Assembly: GCA_946623915.1 (NCBI GenBank)
Contig: CAMORQ010000001.1
Span: 1-33,425, forward strand
DNA from: an uncultured Coriobacteriaceae bacterium
GTDB taxonomy: Bacteria; Actinomycetota; Coriobacteriia; Coriobacteriales; Eggerthellaceae
DNA: 33,425 bases
Direction: 5' to 3'
Part shown: one piece after another, positions 1-8,695 of the stretch
Numbering within the stretch: the stretch's first letter is position 1
Layout of the letters: every line of letters starts with the position of its first letter
Notes under the pieces: generated by a model
What the model was told of the DNA's origin: nothing
The model's input: only the letters and a program-made list of their open reading frames with translations
Databases searched by the model: none
Translations under genes and position numbers: made by a program

Positions 1-1
1 C

Positions 2-754
2 GCTGCCAAGAACGAACTGCCCAACGTGGTGGCCGTGCTGCAGCCTCAGTCCCAGATGGAAGCCCTCGGCTACAACGACCTGTGGTACGGCTGGGATATG
101 AACAAGTACCTGCCCTCCTTCGTGTCCCCGACCGAAGTGTTCGACGGTGCCATGATTTCTGGTTCGTTCATGCCTGCTTCTTCTAAGTGGTCCACGTACG
201 AAATGCAGAACTTCCCCATCCTGAAAGAACTCTTCGCCTACGATGGCGTCGAATTCAACTTCATCGGCGTGATCATGTCCAACCTCAACGTTGCTCTGGA
301 CCAGAAAGAGCGCTCCGCCATCATGGTGCGCAATATGGCCCTCAACGTCGGTGCCGACTACGCGATCGTTGCCGAAGAAGGCTACGGCAACCCCGACACC
401 GACTACGTGCGTTGCATGGTCATCCTGGAAGACGCCGGCATCCCCGTGGTGGGCGTGTCCGACGAATCCAATGGCCGCGACGGTTTCGGCCAGCCGCTGG
501 TTGTGCTCAACGAAAAGCTCAACGCGCTCGTCTCCACCGGCAACGTGGGCGAACTGTCCGACCTTCCCGCCTGCGCTACGGTTATCGGCAACCTGGAGGC
601 AATGAACCGCGACGGCATGTCCGGGTCCTGGGGTTACGACGAAATTCTGGGCAAGTCCGCTCGCGACGATGGCTCCATCATCATGGAAAACAACAACTGG
701 TTCTGCGGCAATCACATCGCTGGTTTCGCCGTGAAGACCATTGTCGAAGCGTAA
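2..754 (+). CDS. grdI: glycine/sarcosine/betaine reductase component B alpha/beta-subunit family protein (GrdE/GrdG/GrdI family), C-terminal part. The 5' end lies outside the window.
   Basis: The reading frame is open from base 2. By eye the translation aligns with the C-terminal half of the complete paralog at 21716..22999 (shared EEGYGNPD motif, SDESNG vs TDECSG). A selenoprotein B gene follows 16 nt downstream. The GrdI-like (betaine-type) assignment is inference: Phe (167..169) sits where the paralog has its proprotein-cleavage Cys. Confidence 0.8.
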   Translation, partial: AAKNELPNVVAVLQPQSQMEALGYNDLWYGWDMNKYLPSFVSPTEVFDGAMISGSFMPASSKWSTYEMQNFPILKELFAYDGVEFNFIGVIMSNLNVALDQKERSAIMVRNMALNVGADYAIVAEEGYGNPDTDYVRCMVILEDAGIPVVGVSDESNGRDGFGQPLVVLNEKLNALVSTGNVGELSDLPACATVIGNLEAMNRDGMSGSWGYDEILGKSARDDGSIIMENNNWFCGNHIAGFAVKTIVEA

Positions 755-770
755 GAAAGGGGGATGCAAG

Positions 771-2102
771 ATGGCTAAGAAAGTAATCTACTACGTCAAC
801 CAGTTCTTCGGCGGCATCGGCGGTGAAGATACAGCAGACTTCGAGCCGGAAATCCGCGAAGGCGCCGTGGGCCCCGCTATGGCCGCCAACGCTGCTCTCG
901 AGGATGCCGAGGTAACGCACACCGTCATTTGCGGCGACAACTTCATGGGATCCAACACCGACGAAGCGCTCGAGCGCATCGCTGGTATGCTCGAAGGCAA
1001 GGAAATGGACCTGTTCATTGCTGGTCCTGCATTCCAGGCCGGTCGTTACGGCGTGGCCTGCGGTAACGTCTGCAAGATGGTTGCCGAAAAGTTCGGCGTT
1101 AAGACGCTGACCTCCATGAACGTGGAAAACCCTGGTGTTGACATGTTCAAGGCCTACACCATCATCATGGACGGCGCGAACGCCGCTGCGCAGATGCGCA
1201 AGGACATGAAGAACATGATGAAGGTCGCCAACAAGATTCTTGCTGGTGAAGAGCTCGAGGGTCCCAAGGCCGAAGGCTACTTCGCAACTGGCCGCCGCAT
1301 CGAGAAGTTCCTCGAGGACGTTCATGAAAACACCGCGGCCGCTCGTGGCGTTGCCATGCTGATCAAGAAGATCAAGGGCGAACCCTATCAGACCGAACTG
1401 GAAATCCCCAAGAAGGACCTGGTTCCCGTGGCCGAGCCTGTGGCGGACCTGTCCAAGGCCAACATCGCTATGGTCACCACCGGCGGCATCGTGCCGGTCG
1501 ACAACCCCGACCGCATCCAGTCTGCTTCGGCTACTCGTTGGGGCCGCTACAACATCGCTGGTGTCGATGCGCTCCCCAATCGCGCTGCCAACGGTTACAA
1601 GACCATTCACGCGGGCTTCGACCCGGCTGCTGCCGACGCGAACCCCAACGTCATCATGCCCATCGACGCTATGCGCGAATACGAAAAAGAGGGCAAGATC
1701 GGCAAGCTGCACGACTACTTCTACAGCACGGTAGGCACCGGCACCACCGAGTCCGAAGCTTCCCGCATGGCTGAAGAGATCATCCCCTACCTCCAGGAGG
1801 ACGGCGTCGACGCCATTATTTTGACCTCCACTTGAGGTACGTGCACACGTTGCGGTGCAACGATGGTCAAAGTATTCGAACGTGCCGGGTTCCCGATTGT
1901 GCATATGTGCAACCTGATTCCCGTGTCCACAACGGTTGGCGCCAACCGTATGGTGCCCACCATTTCCATCCCCTATCCTCTGGGCGACCCGAACACCCCC
2001 GAGGAAGAGCAGTGGAAGCTGCGTTTCCACCGCGTAGGCGTAGCGCTTGACGCGTTGGCCACGCCGGTCGAAGAGCAGACGGTCTTCAAGGTAAAGATTT
2101 AG
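771..2102 (+). CDS. grdH: glycine/sarcosine/betaine reductase selenoprotein B family (GrdB/GrdF/GrdH), with in-frame TGA (1833..1835) read as selenocysteine
   Basis: Track ORFs 741..1835 and 1863..2102 are in the same frame and separated only by a TGA. Read-through gives LTST-U-GTCTRCGATMV, the UxxCxxC redox motif of selenoprotein B. ATG 771 is preceded by GAAAGGGGGA. A SECIS-like hairpin lies 13 nt after the TGA. The betaine-specific (GrdH) label is inferred from the partner subunit and the adjacent BCCT transporter. Confidence 0.88.
1848..1862 (+). promoter_or_regulatory. SECIS-like hairpin (CGTTGC-GGT-GCAACG) directing Sec insertion at TGA 1833..1835
   Basis: A 6-bp stem with a GGT apical loop starts 13 nt 3' of the TGA. 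The identical sequence lies at the same distance from the TGA of the paralog (24069..24083). Confidence 0.7.
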
Positions 2103-2111
2103 TGTTCGCAA

Positions 2112-2154
2112 CAGGAGGAGGCGTGCAGGGGAACGCCGCCTCCTCCTGCTTTTG
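2112..2154 (+). terminator. rho-independent terminator-like hairpin after selenoprotein B gene 1
   Basis: CAGGAGGAGGCG (2112..2123) pairs with CGCC(G)CCTCCTCCTG (2134..2148) and is followed by CTTTTG. Confidence 0.6.
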
Positions 2155-2358
2155 CACGCAAGGTAGGCACTCGGCCTGGTTTGCGTGCACAAGAGGAATC
2201 GAGCCCATCCTTATTCTGCAAGGGCTTGTGGAGACCGTTTCCGTTTCTGCGTCTTAAGAGGATGTGGGTCTCCGTGCGCCAGTTCTTCATGTTGGTGCAT
2301 TCAGAAATAGACAATGCGTCTATATGCGACGCATGAATCGTGTAAGGGGACGATTAAA

Positions 2359-3927
2359 TTGAATAGTAACGAATTCAAGAACCCTGTATTCATTATCGGC
2401 CTTGTGTTGGCTGCGGCCCTTTCCATTTGGGGTATTGTGGGCACTCAGAGCTTCACCGATGTTTCTAACGCCCTGTTCGGCTTCCTGACCGCCGACTTCG
2501 GCTGGCTCTACCTGCTGGTCATGCTGTCCTTCGTGTTCTTCTCTATCGCGCTGGCGGCGTCGAAGTACGGCAGCATCAGGCTCGGTCCGGACGACTCGAG
2601 GCCCGAGTATTCCACTATGTCGTGGTTTGCCATGCTGTTTGGCTGCGGCATGGGTGTCGGTCTGGTGTTCTGGGGCATCGCCGAGCCCATTTCCCACTAT
2701 GTGGGTCCGATGGCTGGCATCGAGCCTTCTACGCCCGAAGCTGCCAAATTCGCCATGAGCGCATCGTTCATGCACTGGGGCCTGCATCCGTGGGCTGGTT
2801 ATGTAGTCGTGGGTTTGGCTCTCGCCTACCTGCAGTTCCGCAAGGGTAAGCCGGCTCTCATTTCTTCGGCTCTCGAACCGCTGATTGGCGAAAAGAATGC
2901 AAAGGGTATCATCGGCAAGGTCGTCGACATCCTGTCCATCTTCGCGACGGTGGCTGGCGTGGTTACCTCGCTTGGCTTGGGCGTGCTGCAGATCAACGCT
3001 GGTGCGAACTACCTGTTCGGCATTCCGGTGAACCTGGGCGTGCAGATTGCCATCATTGCGGTCATTTCCGTTATTTACATCGGCTCGTCCGTTGCTGGCA
3101 TCGACAAGGGCATCAAGGTCATCGGCGACCTGAACCTCTACATTGCCATTGGCGTGCTGGTTGTGTGCTTCCTCGTTGGCCCGAAGGTCGACGCGTTGAA
3201 CAACCTGGTTGGTGGCCTGGGCGACTACTTCGGCACGTTCTTCCAGAGCTCGCTGGGTTTGAGTGCCTACGGTGACAACGGCTGGATGCTCGGTTGGCGC
3301 ATCTTCTACTGGGCTTGGTGGATTGCGTGGGCTCCGTTTGTGGGCGTGTTCATCGCTCGCATTTCTCGTGGCCGCACTGTGCGCGAATTTGTGGCAGGCG
3401 TGCTGCTGGTTCCCGCTGTGGCATCTATCCTGTGGTTTGCGGTTCTCGGCTCCATGGGCTTGTCCTTGGCCGAAACCGGCATACTGAACGCCGAGCAGGT
3501 GGCTGGTATCGCTGCTTCGCCTGAAACCGGTTTGTTCCTGGTGCTTGGTCAGTACCCGCTTGGCATGATCATTTCCATCGTCGTGCTGGTGCTCATCTGC
3601 ACGTTCTTTATCACGTCGGCGAACTCCGGTACGTTCGTGCTTGGCATGCTGTCTTCCGATGGCAACCTGAACCCGTCGAACGCCAAGAAGATCCTCTGGG
3701 GTGTTGTGCAGTCCGCTTTGGCTGTGGCCCTGCTTATGGCAGGTGGCCTGAAACCGCTGCAGACCATTTCGATTGCGGCGGCGTTCTTGTTCATCTTCAT
3801 CATGATTGCCATGATGTTCTCGCTGGTGAAGGCACTTCGGGCCGACAAGGATACGCCTAATGTGGGCGACCCGGATTTTGTGGCTGATCCCAGCGTTGCG
3901 GCTATGGAGGCTGCAGCCAACGAATAA
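2359..3927 (+). CDS. BCCT-family (betaine/carnitine/choline) transporter
   Basis: Polytopic membrane protein. It shares long identical blocks with the second BCCT gene at 12556..14136 (WFAMLFGCGMG, LEPLIGEKNAKG, FYWAWWIAWAPFVG, FFITSANSGTF). A TTG start at 2359 is preferred: AAGGGGA lies 8 nt upstream and the N-terminus then aligns with the paralog. ATG 2314 lies inside a hairpin and is the alternative. Confidence 0.88.
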   Translation: MNSNEFKNPVFIIGLVLAAALSIWGIVGTQSFTDVSNALFGFLTADFGWLYLLVMLSFVFFSIALAASKYGSIRLGPDDSRPEYSTMSWFAMLFGCGMGVGLVFWGIAEPISHYVGPMAGIEPSTPEAAKFAMSASFMHWGLHPWAGYVVVGLALAYLQFRKGKPALISSALEPLIGEKNAKGIIGKVVDILSIFATVAGVVTSLGLGVLQINAGANYLFGIPVNLGVQIAIIAVISVIYIGSSVAGIDKGIKVIGDLNLYIAIGVLVVCFLVGPKVDALNNLVGGLGDYFGTFFQSSLGLSAYGDNGWMLGWRIFYWAWWIAWAPFVGVFIARISRGRTVREFVAGVLLVPAVASILWFAVLGSMGLSLAETGILNAEQVAGIAASPETGLFLVLGQYPLGMIISIVVLVLICTFFITSANSGTFVLGMLSSDGNLNPSNAKKILWGVVQSALAVALLMAGGLKPLQTISIAAAFLFIFIMIAMMFSLVKALRADKDTPNVGDPDFVADPSVAAMEAAANE

Positions 3928-4003
3928 CCTTGACTTGGCTATGACCAAAGAGCACGCGCATCCTGTGGTCCTATAGCCGATTGTAAGGGTTAGATATCTA
4001 AGG

Positions 4004-4033
4004 GCTGGCTCGCTTATGCGAGTCAGCTCTTTT
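4004..4033 (+). terminator. rho-independent terminator after BCCT gene 1
   Basis: GCTGGCTCGC-ttat-GCGAGTCAGC (one G-T pair) followed by TCTTTT. Confidence 0.65.
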
Positions 4034-4119
4034 GGTCTGCGGGCGTGCGGCAGCATCGAACCGCACGTGTTTAAAGAAGCACGTGTTCGTCTACACAAAC
4101 ACACAGAACAAAGAATAAA

Positions 4120-4148
4120 ATTATCGCGATAATAAAATGCGTTATACT
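4120..4148 (+). promoter_or_regulatory. 14-bp perfect palindrome ATTATCGCGATAAT (4120..4133) overlapping a candidate promoter (-10-like TATACT, 4143..4148)
   Basis: The palindrome and the -10-like hexamer can be read directly. They sit in an AT-rich island 38 nt upstream of ATG 4186. No good -35 is present, so this is probably operator plus promoter. Confidence 0.35.
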
Positions 4149-4185
4149 ACACCTACGTCTGTAAAGCGCAGAGAAAGGGTGCAGA

Positions 4186-4542
4186 ATGGATTTTTTGGAA
4201 ATGACGCCAGAGCAGCTTAAAGAAGTGGTCATGCTGTCGTCGGCCGAAGAAATGCAAGCCTATTTGGACAAGGAGGGCGTTAGCCTGCCCGAAAAGGCGC
4301 CAGTTGAATGGCCGGCGGAGACCGAGAAATTTACCCGCATGCTGTGGCAGAAAATCAAATTCCCTCCGCGTGAAGTGTGCGGTGAAGGCGAACATGATTT
4401 CAAGCCGACGGGAAAATGCGAAATGTCGCGTAACGCCGCAACGATGCCCGGGTCGTGCTTCAGCAGGGAATTTCGCTGCTCTTCTTGCGGAACGATCATG
4501 TGGGTTCGTGACAAAGAGCCTCAGACTGAAGCGGCCGAATAA
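4186..4542 (+). CDS. hypothetical small Cys-rich protein (possible zinc-ribbon C-terminus)
   Basis: ATG with AGAAAGGG upstream. The C-terminal half carries C-x12-C ... C-x6-CxxC. The N-terminus (TPEQLKEVV..SAEEMQAYLDKEGVSL) resembles a Nif11-type helical leader. No family can be assigned from sequence alone. Confidence 0.55.
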   Translation: MDFLEMTPEQLKEVVMLSSAEEMQAYLDKEGVSLPEKAPVEWPAETEKFTRMLWQKIKFPPREVCGEGEHDFKPTGKCEMSRNAATMPGSCFSREFRCSSCGTIMWVRDKEPQTEAAE

Positions 4543-4563
4543 ATAGTTCGACTTCTGCTTGCG

Positions 4564-4597
4564 GCGGGGTGGTGCAACACGCATCGCCCCGCTTTTT
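4564..4597 (+). terminator. weak terminator-like hairpin (GCGGGG...CCCCGC + TTTTT)
   Basis: A 6-bp GC stem with a large loop followed by T5, 20 nt after the stop at 4542. Confidence 0.35.
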
Positions 4598-4767
4598 CGT
4601 GCAAAATATGCCAAAGGGGTCGTGCTTAATGTCTCCCCGCCGAATGTGACACCAACGCGTCGTTGCTGTCACGTTTGGATAATTCCGTGTTCTGCAACTC
4701 ACCTGTGCAGCGGCACATGCCGCAGGTATAATTTTGGTACAGAGATAATCCGTTCGAAAGGATGCGT

Positions 4768-5379
4768 ATGTCCAGAATCGTGTGGACGCGGCAGGTGCCA
4801 CAGGTGTGGGACGAAATCCAGGAGACAGGCCGTTATCTGGTGCTGGAAGAATACGTTCGTGCAAAGAACGGCGAGATTTCGGACTACTACATCGAGTTAT
4901 ACCGCTGGTTCACCGAAGAAGCACGCAGTCGTGTGTCTATGCCGGAAGAGGCGAAGTTTCCCATCTGGGTCACGGTGGACGAGGGTCAGAAGCTCGCCCC
5001 CGCTCCGCATACAATTGGTTTCACGCTCGAAGTGCCTGATGACGCGATCGTCATAGTCGATTACGACAAATGGGGCTATCGCGTGAACCACTGGTACGTG
5101 CCGCGCGACGAAGCGGACGAAAAGGCTCACAATGAAGAACTGGCTCGCTACGGTATCGGTAACGAAGCGGCCCTTATCACGGGCGAGCAAGGCAATTTCT
5201 ATCCGCAGATAAAGCGCAAGATACAATCGAGCTGGCAACGCGTGTTCGATGGTCCCAACGAGCGCATGGATCTGAACGTGGGAGCCATCTGGCAGATAAT
5301 CCCGGAATGGGTTAAGGACGTGGAATTCTACGACGAAACATATGCCGACCAGTGGACAGAAGGCTACTACGACGATTAA
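4768..5379 (+). CDS. DUF3841-like protein (paralog 1)
   Basis: Family recognised by eye. It shares the YPxxKRxIQxSWQRxF motif with the next gene. ATG 4768 is preferred over 4762 because GAAAGGA lies 5 nt upstream. Confidence 0.7.
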   Translation: MSRIVWTRQVPQVWDEIQETGRYLVLEEYVRAKNGEISDYYIELYRWFTEEARSRVSMPEEAKFPIWVTVDEGQKLAPAPHTIGFTLEVPDDAIVIVDYDKWGYRVNHWYVPRDEADEKAHNEELARYGIGNEAALITGEQGNFYPQIKRKIQSSWQRVFDGPNERMDLNVGAIWQIIPEWVKDVEFYDETYADQWTEGYYDD

Positions 5380-5423
5380 TGCGACAGAATCAGCATGTTG
5401 CTGTCATATCGGGGAGGAATCCG

Positions 5424-5987
5424 GTGTCTGAAACCATCACTCTCTACACTCAGCAGGCCCAAGTGGTGCTCGACGCTATAGAACGCGATGGATATTCGCG
5501 TGTGAAATGGGAGTACATTCAATCGAAGTACGGCGACGACTCGTGGGCGTTTCGCCAGGCGTATGCGTTCTTTGCGCAGAATGCACCCACTTATGTAGCG
5601 CCTCCCGAAGGTGCCGAGTCGGGCATTTGGTGCTACTGCGATCAGCGTTGGGCCGTGGCGGCGGCGGGCGGTCACCTGCTGAAGCTGGAGGTTCCCCGCG
5701 AGAAAGCGGTCCTGTTCGACTCTCGTATCTGGAACAAAATGCTCAATCTGCAATATGTGGGTAAGGATGAGGCCGACGAAGAAGCGTTCGAATCGAAGCT
5801 TGCGAGCATGGGTATAAAGAACGCGGCCGAAGCGTTCAGCACGTCGTTCTATCCCATGGCGAAGCGGGAAATCCAGCAAAGCTGGCAGCGTTTGTTCGGT
5901 TCGGCGGACCAGTGTCCCGAAACCTACGTGATGGCGGGTCTGTGGGAATTGCGTCGTGAATGGCTCGTCGACACCATGGGCCTTTAA
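5424..5987 (+). CDS. DUF3841-like protein (paralog 2)
   Basis: Same architecture and shared motif (YPMAKREIQQSWQRLF). GTG 5424 is preceded by GGGGAGGA at 5 nt. The alternative start ATG 5379 overlaps the upstream stop (TAATG). Confidence 0.7.
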   Translation: MSETITLYTQQAQVVLDAIERDGYSRVKWEYIQSKYGDDSWAFRQAYAFFAQNAPTYVAPPEGAESGIWCYCDQRWAVAAAGGHLLKLEVPREKAVLFDSRIWNKMLNLQYVGKDEADEEAFESKLASMGIKNAAEAFSTSFYPMAKREIQQSWQRLFGSADQCPETYVMAGLWELRREWLVDTMGL

Positions 5988-6181
5988 CCGTATCGAAAGA
6001 TAGTCCTCGCCTGTCGTGCAGCTTCGATTACAGGCTGACCACTAGCGGCCAACACAGAATCCACGCAGCTAATTACATTTTCAAGAGCCCGTTATAATTT
6101 GTGTTTGAAGTGGTATGATTATGAAACGTAATAGCAGTTTTCGTACCATAAACGCAGCCGCTCGAACGTGGAGAAGGCCCT

Positions 6182-7081
6182 ATGGATTTTAAACAATTGC
6201 GATCGTTCGTCGCGGTTATACGCTACGGCAGCTTCACGACGGCAGCCGAAAAGCTGCGTATTTCGCAGCCGACGGTCAGCACGCACATTCGCACTCTTGA
6301 AGAAGAACTGGGTACGCCCTTGGTGCTGCGCAATGCCAAACGTGTAGAGCTTACCCCTAGCGGTTACAAGATGTTCGATCAGGCTGAATCGATGTTGGCG
6401 ATGCACGACCGCATGATTCAAAGCATGCGGCAACGAGAAAGCGATGCCATCTACCTAGGGGCGTCATCGATTCCTTCTGGCTACATCCTGCCTACGATAC
6501 TAGCAGGGTTTTCCGAAGAGCATCGCGACACGCGCTTCATCATTTCCCAAGACCCAAGTCAGACCGTCATCGACGGGATGGTGTCGGGTCTGTACGATCT
6601 GGGATTTGTCGGCATGCCAGTAAAAGAAGACGCGTTGGAAAGCACGCCGTTTTGTGCGGACCGCATCGTGTTGGTCACGGCCAATAACGAACGTTATAAA
6701 AACGTCGATCGCACGGATGCGCGCTCCTTGGCTCAGCTGCTGGCCAGGGAACACGTGATTATGCGCAAGAACGGCAGCGCTACGCGTGCAGCCGGGTCGC
6801 GCGTGCTGGAGGCCCTTGGTCTGGAGGAATCGGATTTGAACATCGTGGCGCATCTGAACGACCAGGAGGCTACGAAGAATCTTGTCCAGGCAGGATTGGG
6901 CATCGCGCTTATGTCGGAGCTCGCCGTGCGCCGCCGCGTCGAGGGCGGCTGGATGCTTGCGTTCGACATTCCCGGCGTGGACACGGTGCGCCAATTCTTC
7001 GTGCTGACGCGCAAAAACGTTGCGCTCAATGAACGGACGGAAGCGCTGCGCGAGTATGTGCTTTCCCATCCCGTGCTTTAA
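6182..7081 (+). CDS. LysR-family transcriptional regulator
   Basis: Typical LysR N-terminal HTH (MDFKQLRSFVAVIRYGSFTTAAEKLRISQPTVSTHIRTLEEELG), about 300 aa long, with GGAGAAGG before the ATG. Confidence 0.9.
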   Translation: MDFKQLRSFVAVIRYGSFTTAAEKLRISQPTVSTHIRTLEEELGTPLVLRNAKRVELTPSGYKMFDQAESMLAMHDRMIQSMRQRESDAIYLGASSIPSGYILPTILAGFSEEHRDTRFIISQDPSQTVIDGMVSGLYDLGFVGMPVKEDALESTPFCADRIVLVTANNERYKNVDRTDARSLAQLLAREHVIMRKNGSATRAAGSRVLEALGLEESDLNIVAHLNDQEATKNLVQAGLGIALMSELAVRRRVEGGWMLAFDIPGVDTVRQFFVLTRKNVALNERTEALREYVLSHPVL

Positions 7082-7150
7082 ATGCGCTCGGTATAATGGT
7101 AATCCCGATTAGAGGACGGATGCTTTCTAGCGTTCGATGAAGGAACAAGT

Positions 7151-8581
7151 ATGGCTCAAACTCCCAATGTTGAACTGCTCAAACAACTTCCTCAGGTAGA
7201 GGAAGTGCTGCAACATGCTGCAATTGTCGGACTGCAGGGCATTCCGCACGACGTCGTCGTTGACGCCGTGCGTGCGCAAATCGATGCTTTGCGCCAACGC
7301 ATTCTCGGCGGCGCCGAGCCGGACGTGGAAACAGATGCCATTGCCGAAGCGGCTGCGGCACGCGCTTCGGGCTTGAACGCCCCATCGCTGCGTCGCGTGA
7401 TTAACGCATCGGGTGTGATCATTCACACCAACCTGGGCCGCAGCGTCATGGCGCAGGCAGCCATCGACGCGGTGAACGAAGTGATTGCGGGCTATTCGAC
7501 GCTCGAATACAGCGTGGATTCCATGGCGCGCGGAAGTCGTCACGACCATTGCGAGCCGCTGATCCGCGCTCTTACAGGAGCGGAGGCGGCCATTGCCGTG
7601 AACAACAACGCTGCTGCGGTCATGATGGTGCTCTCGGAATTCGCTGCCGGCCACGAAGCCATCGTTTCGCGTGGGGAGCAGGTGGAAATCGGCGGGTCGT
7701 TCCGCATCCCCGACATCATGGCGCAGTCGCACGCGAAGATGGTTGAAGTGGGCGCAACGAACAAGACGCATTTGTCGGATTACGAACGTGCCATCACCGA
7801 CGATACCGCTATGCTGTTGAAGGTCCATCCATCCAACTACCGCATGACGGGATTCACCGAATCGGTGTCCATCAGGGACTTGCGTGTGCTCGTCGACGAA
7901 CGCAAAGCGTCCGGTGGGCAAGACATCTTGGTCTACGAAGATCAGGGCTCTGGTGCGTTCCTGCGCCTCGAGGCGTTCGGCAGCTATGCCGAGCCCGCGG
8001 TGGCGGAGTCGCTGAACGCCGGCGCCGATATCGTATCGTTTTCCGGCGACAAACTGCTTGGTGGCCCGCAAGCCGGCATCATCGTTGGGCGCAAAGACCT
8101 TATCGATCGGCTGAAAGCGAACCCTCTTGCGCGCGCTATGCGCTTGGACAAGATGACGCTGGCGGCCCTCGAGGCCACGCTGCGCCTCTACCTGCAAACC
8201 GACGTGGCTATGGAAAGCATACCGACGGTGCGCATGCTTACCGAAGAGGCCGATTCGGTGAAAGTCCGCGCCGAAGCGCTGAAGGCCGCCGTGGAAAAGG
8301 TTGTGCCAAGCGATTGCGCCGAATTGGCCGTGGTGTCCGAAACATCGCGTGCCGGAGGCGGAGCGCTTCCCATGTGCGACATCGACACCTACGCGCTGGA
8401 GGTGCGTTTCAAGAAAGGTGACGCGCAGGGCTGCGAAGAGCATCTGGTGAAGGAAAGCCCCACACCCATTATTGCGCGCATCAGTCAGGAAACCGTGCTT
8501 TGCGACGCCCGGACCATTCAGGACGAGAGCGAAATCGAGGCAATCGCCGAAGGCTTCGCCAGCTACTTTGCCAAAATGTAG
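7151..8581 (+). CDS. selA: L-seryl-tRNA(Sec) selenium transferase
   Basis: Diagnostic SelA blocks: VINASGVIIHTNLGRS and the PLP-lysine region FSGDKLLGGPQAGIIVGRKDLI. About 476 aa, located directly upstream of selB. Confidence 0.93.
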   Translation: MAQTPNVELLKQLPQVEEVLQHAAIVGLQGIPHDVVVDAVRAQIDALRQRILGGAEPDVETDAIAEAAAARASGLNAPSLRRVINASGVIIHTNLGRSVMAQAAIDAVNEVIAGYSTLEYSVDSMARGSRHDHCEPLIRALTGAEAAIAVNNNAAAVMMVLSEFAAGHEAIVSRGEQVEIGGSFRIPDIMAQSHAKMVEVGATNKTHLSDYERAITDDTAMLLKVHPSNYRMTGFTESVSIRDLRVLVDERKASGGQDILVYEDQGSGAFLRLEAFGSYAEPAVAESLNAGADIVSFSGDKLLGGPQAGIIVGRKDLIDRLKANPLARAMRLDKMTLAALEATLRLYLQTDVAMESIPTVRMLTEEADSVKVRAEALKAAVEKVVPSDCAELAVVSETSRAGGGALPMCDIDTYALEVRFKKGDAQGCEEHLVKESPTPIIARISQETVLCDARTIQDESEIEAIAEGFASYFAKM

Positions 8582-8695
8582 GACGGAAGGGCGCCACGGA
8601 GCAGGCCGAAGGGTTTGGATGCCTCGACAGCATCGGCAAGCAGGTCTTCAAAAGTCCCCGGACATGCTCCAGGCGTCTTCAACGAAAGGACAGCA

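Noticed and set aside
681-2192. 503-aa minus-strand ORF opposite the selenoprotein B gene. Similar long antisense ORFs occur at 2320..4104, 7127..8443, 15124..16500, 16726..18180, 19900..21315, 21722..23023 and 22944..23831.
   Set aside because: All lie antisense to genes with clear family motifs. Their translations are low-complexity and rich in Arg, Gly, Ala, His and Val, with no recognisable domains. These are typical shadow ORFs of high-GC coding DNA.
2155-2358. Glycine riboswitch or other riboswitch upstream of BCCT gene 1
   Set aside because: A GGAGACC...GGTCTCC inverted repeat (2237..2275) and an ATGCGTC...GACGCAT hairpin (2314..2334) exist. The glycine-riboswitch core motifs (GGAGAG...CACCGAAGGGGCAA) are absent, so only generic leader structure can be claimed.
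8615-8695. Upstream extension of selB. Similar track-start extensions occur at 741..770, 12517..12555, 14498..14545, 18277..18309, 21263..21295 and 27138..27278.
   Set aside because: In each case an internal start codon with a clear Shine-Dalgarno sequence gives the N-terminus expected for the family. The extensions have no homology and odd composition.
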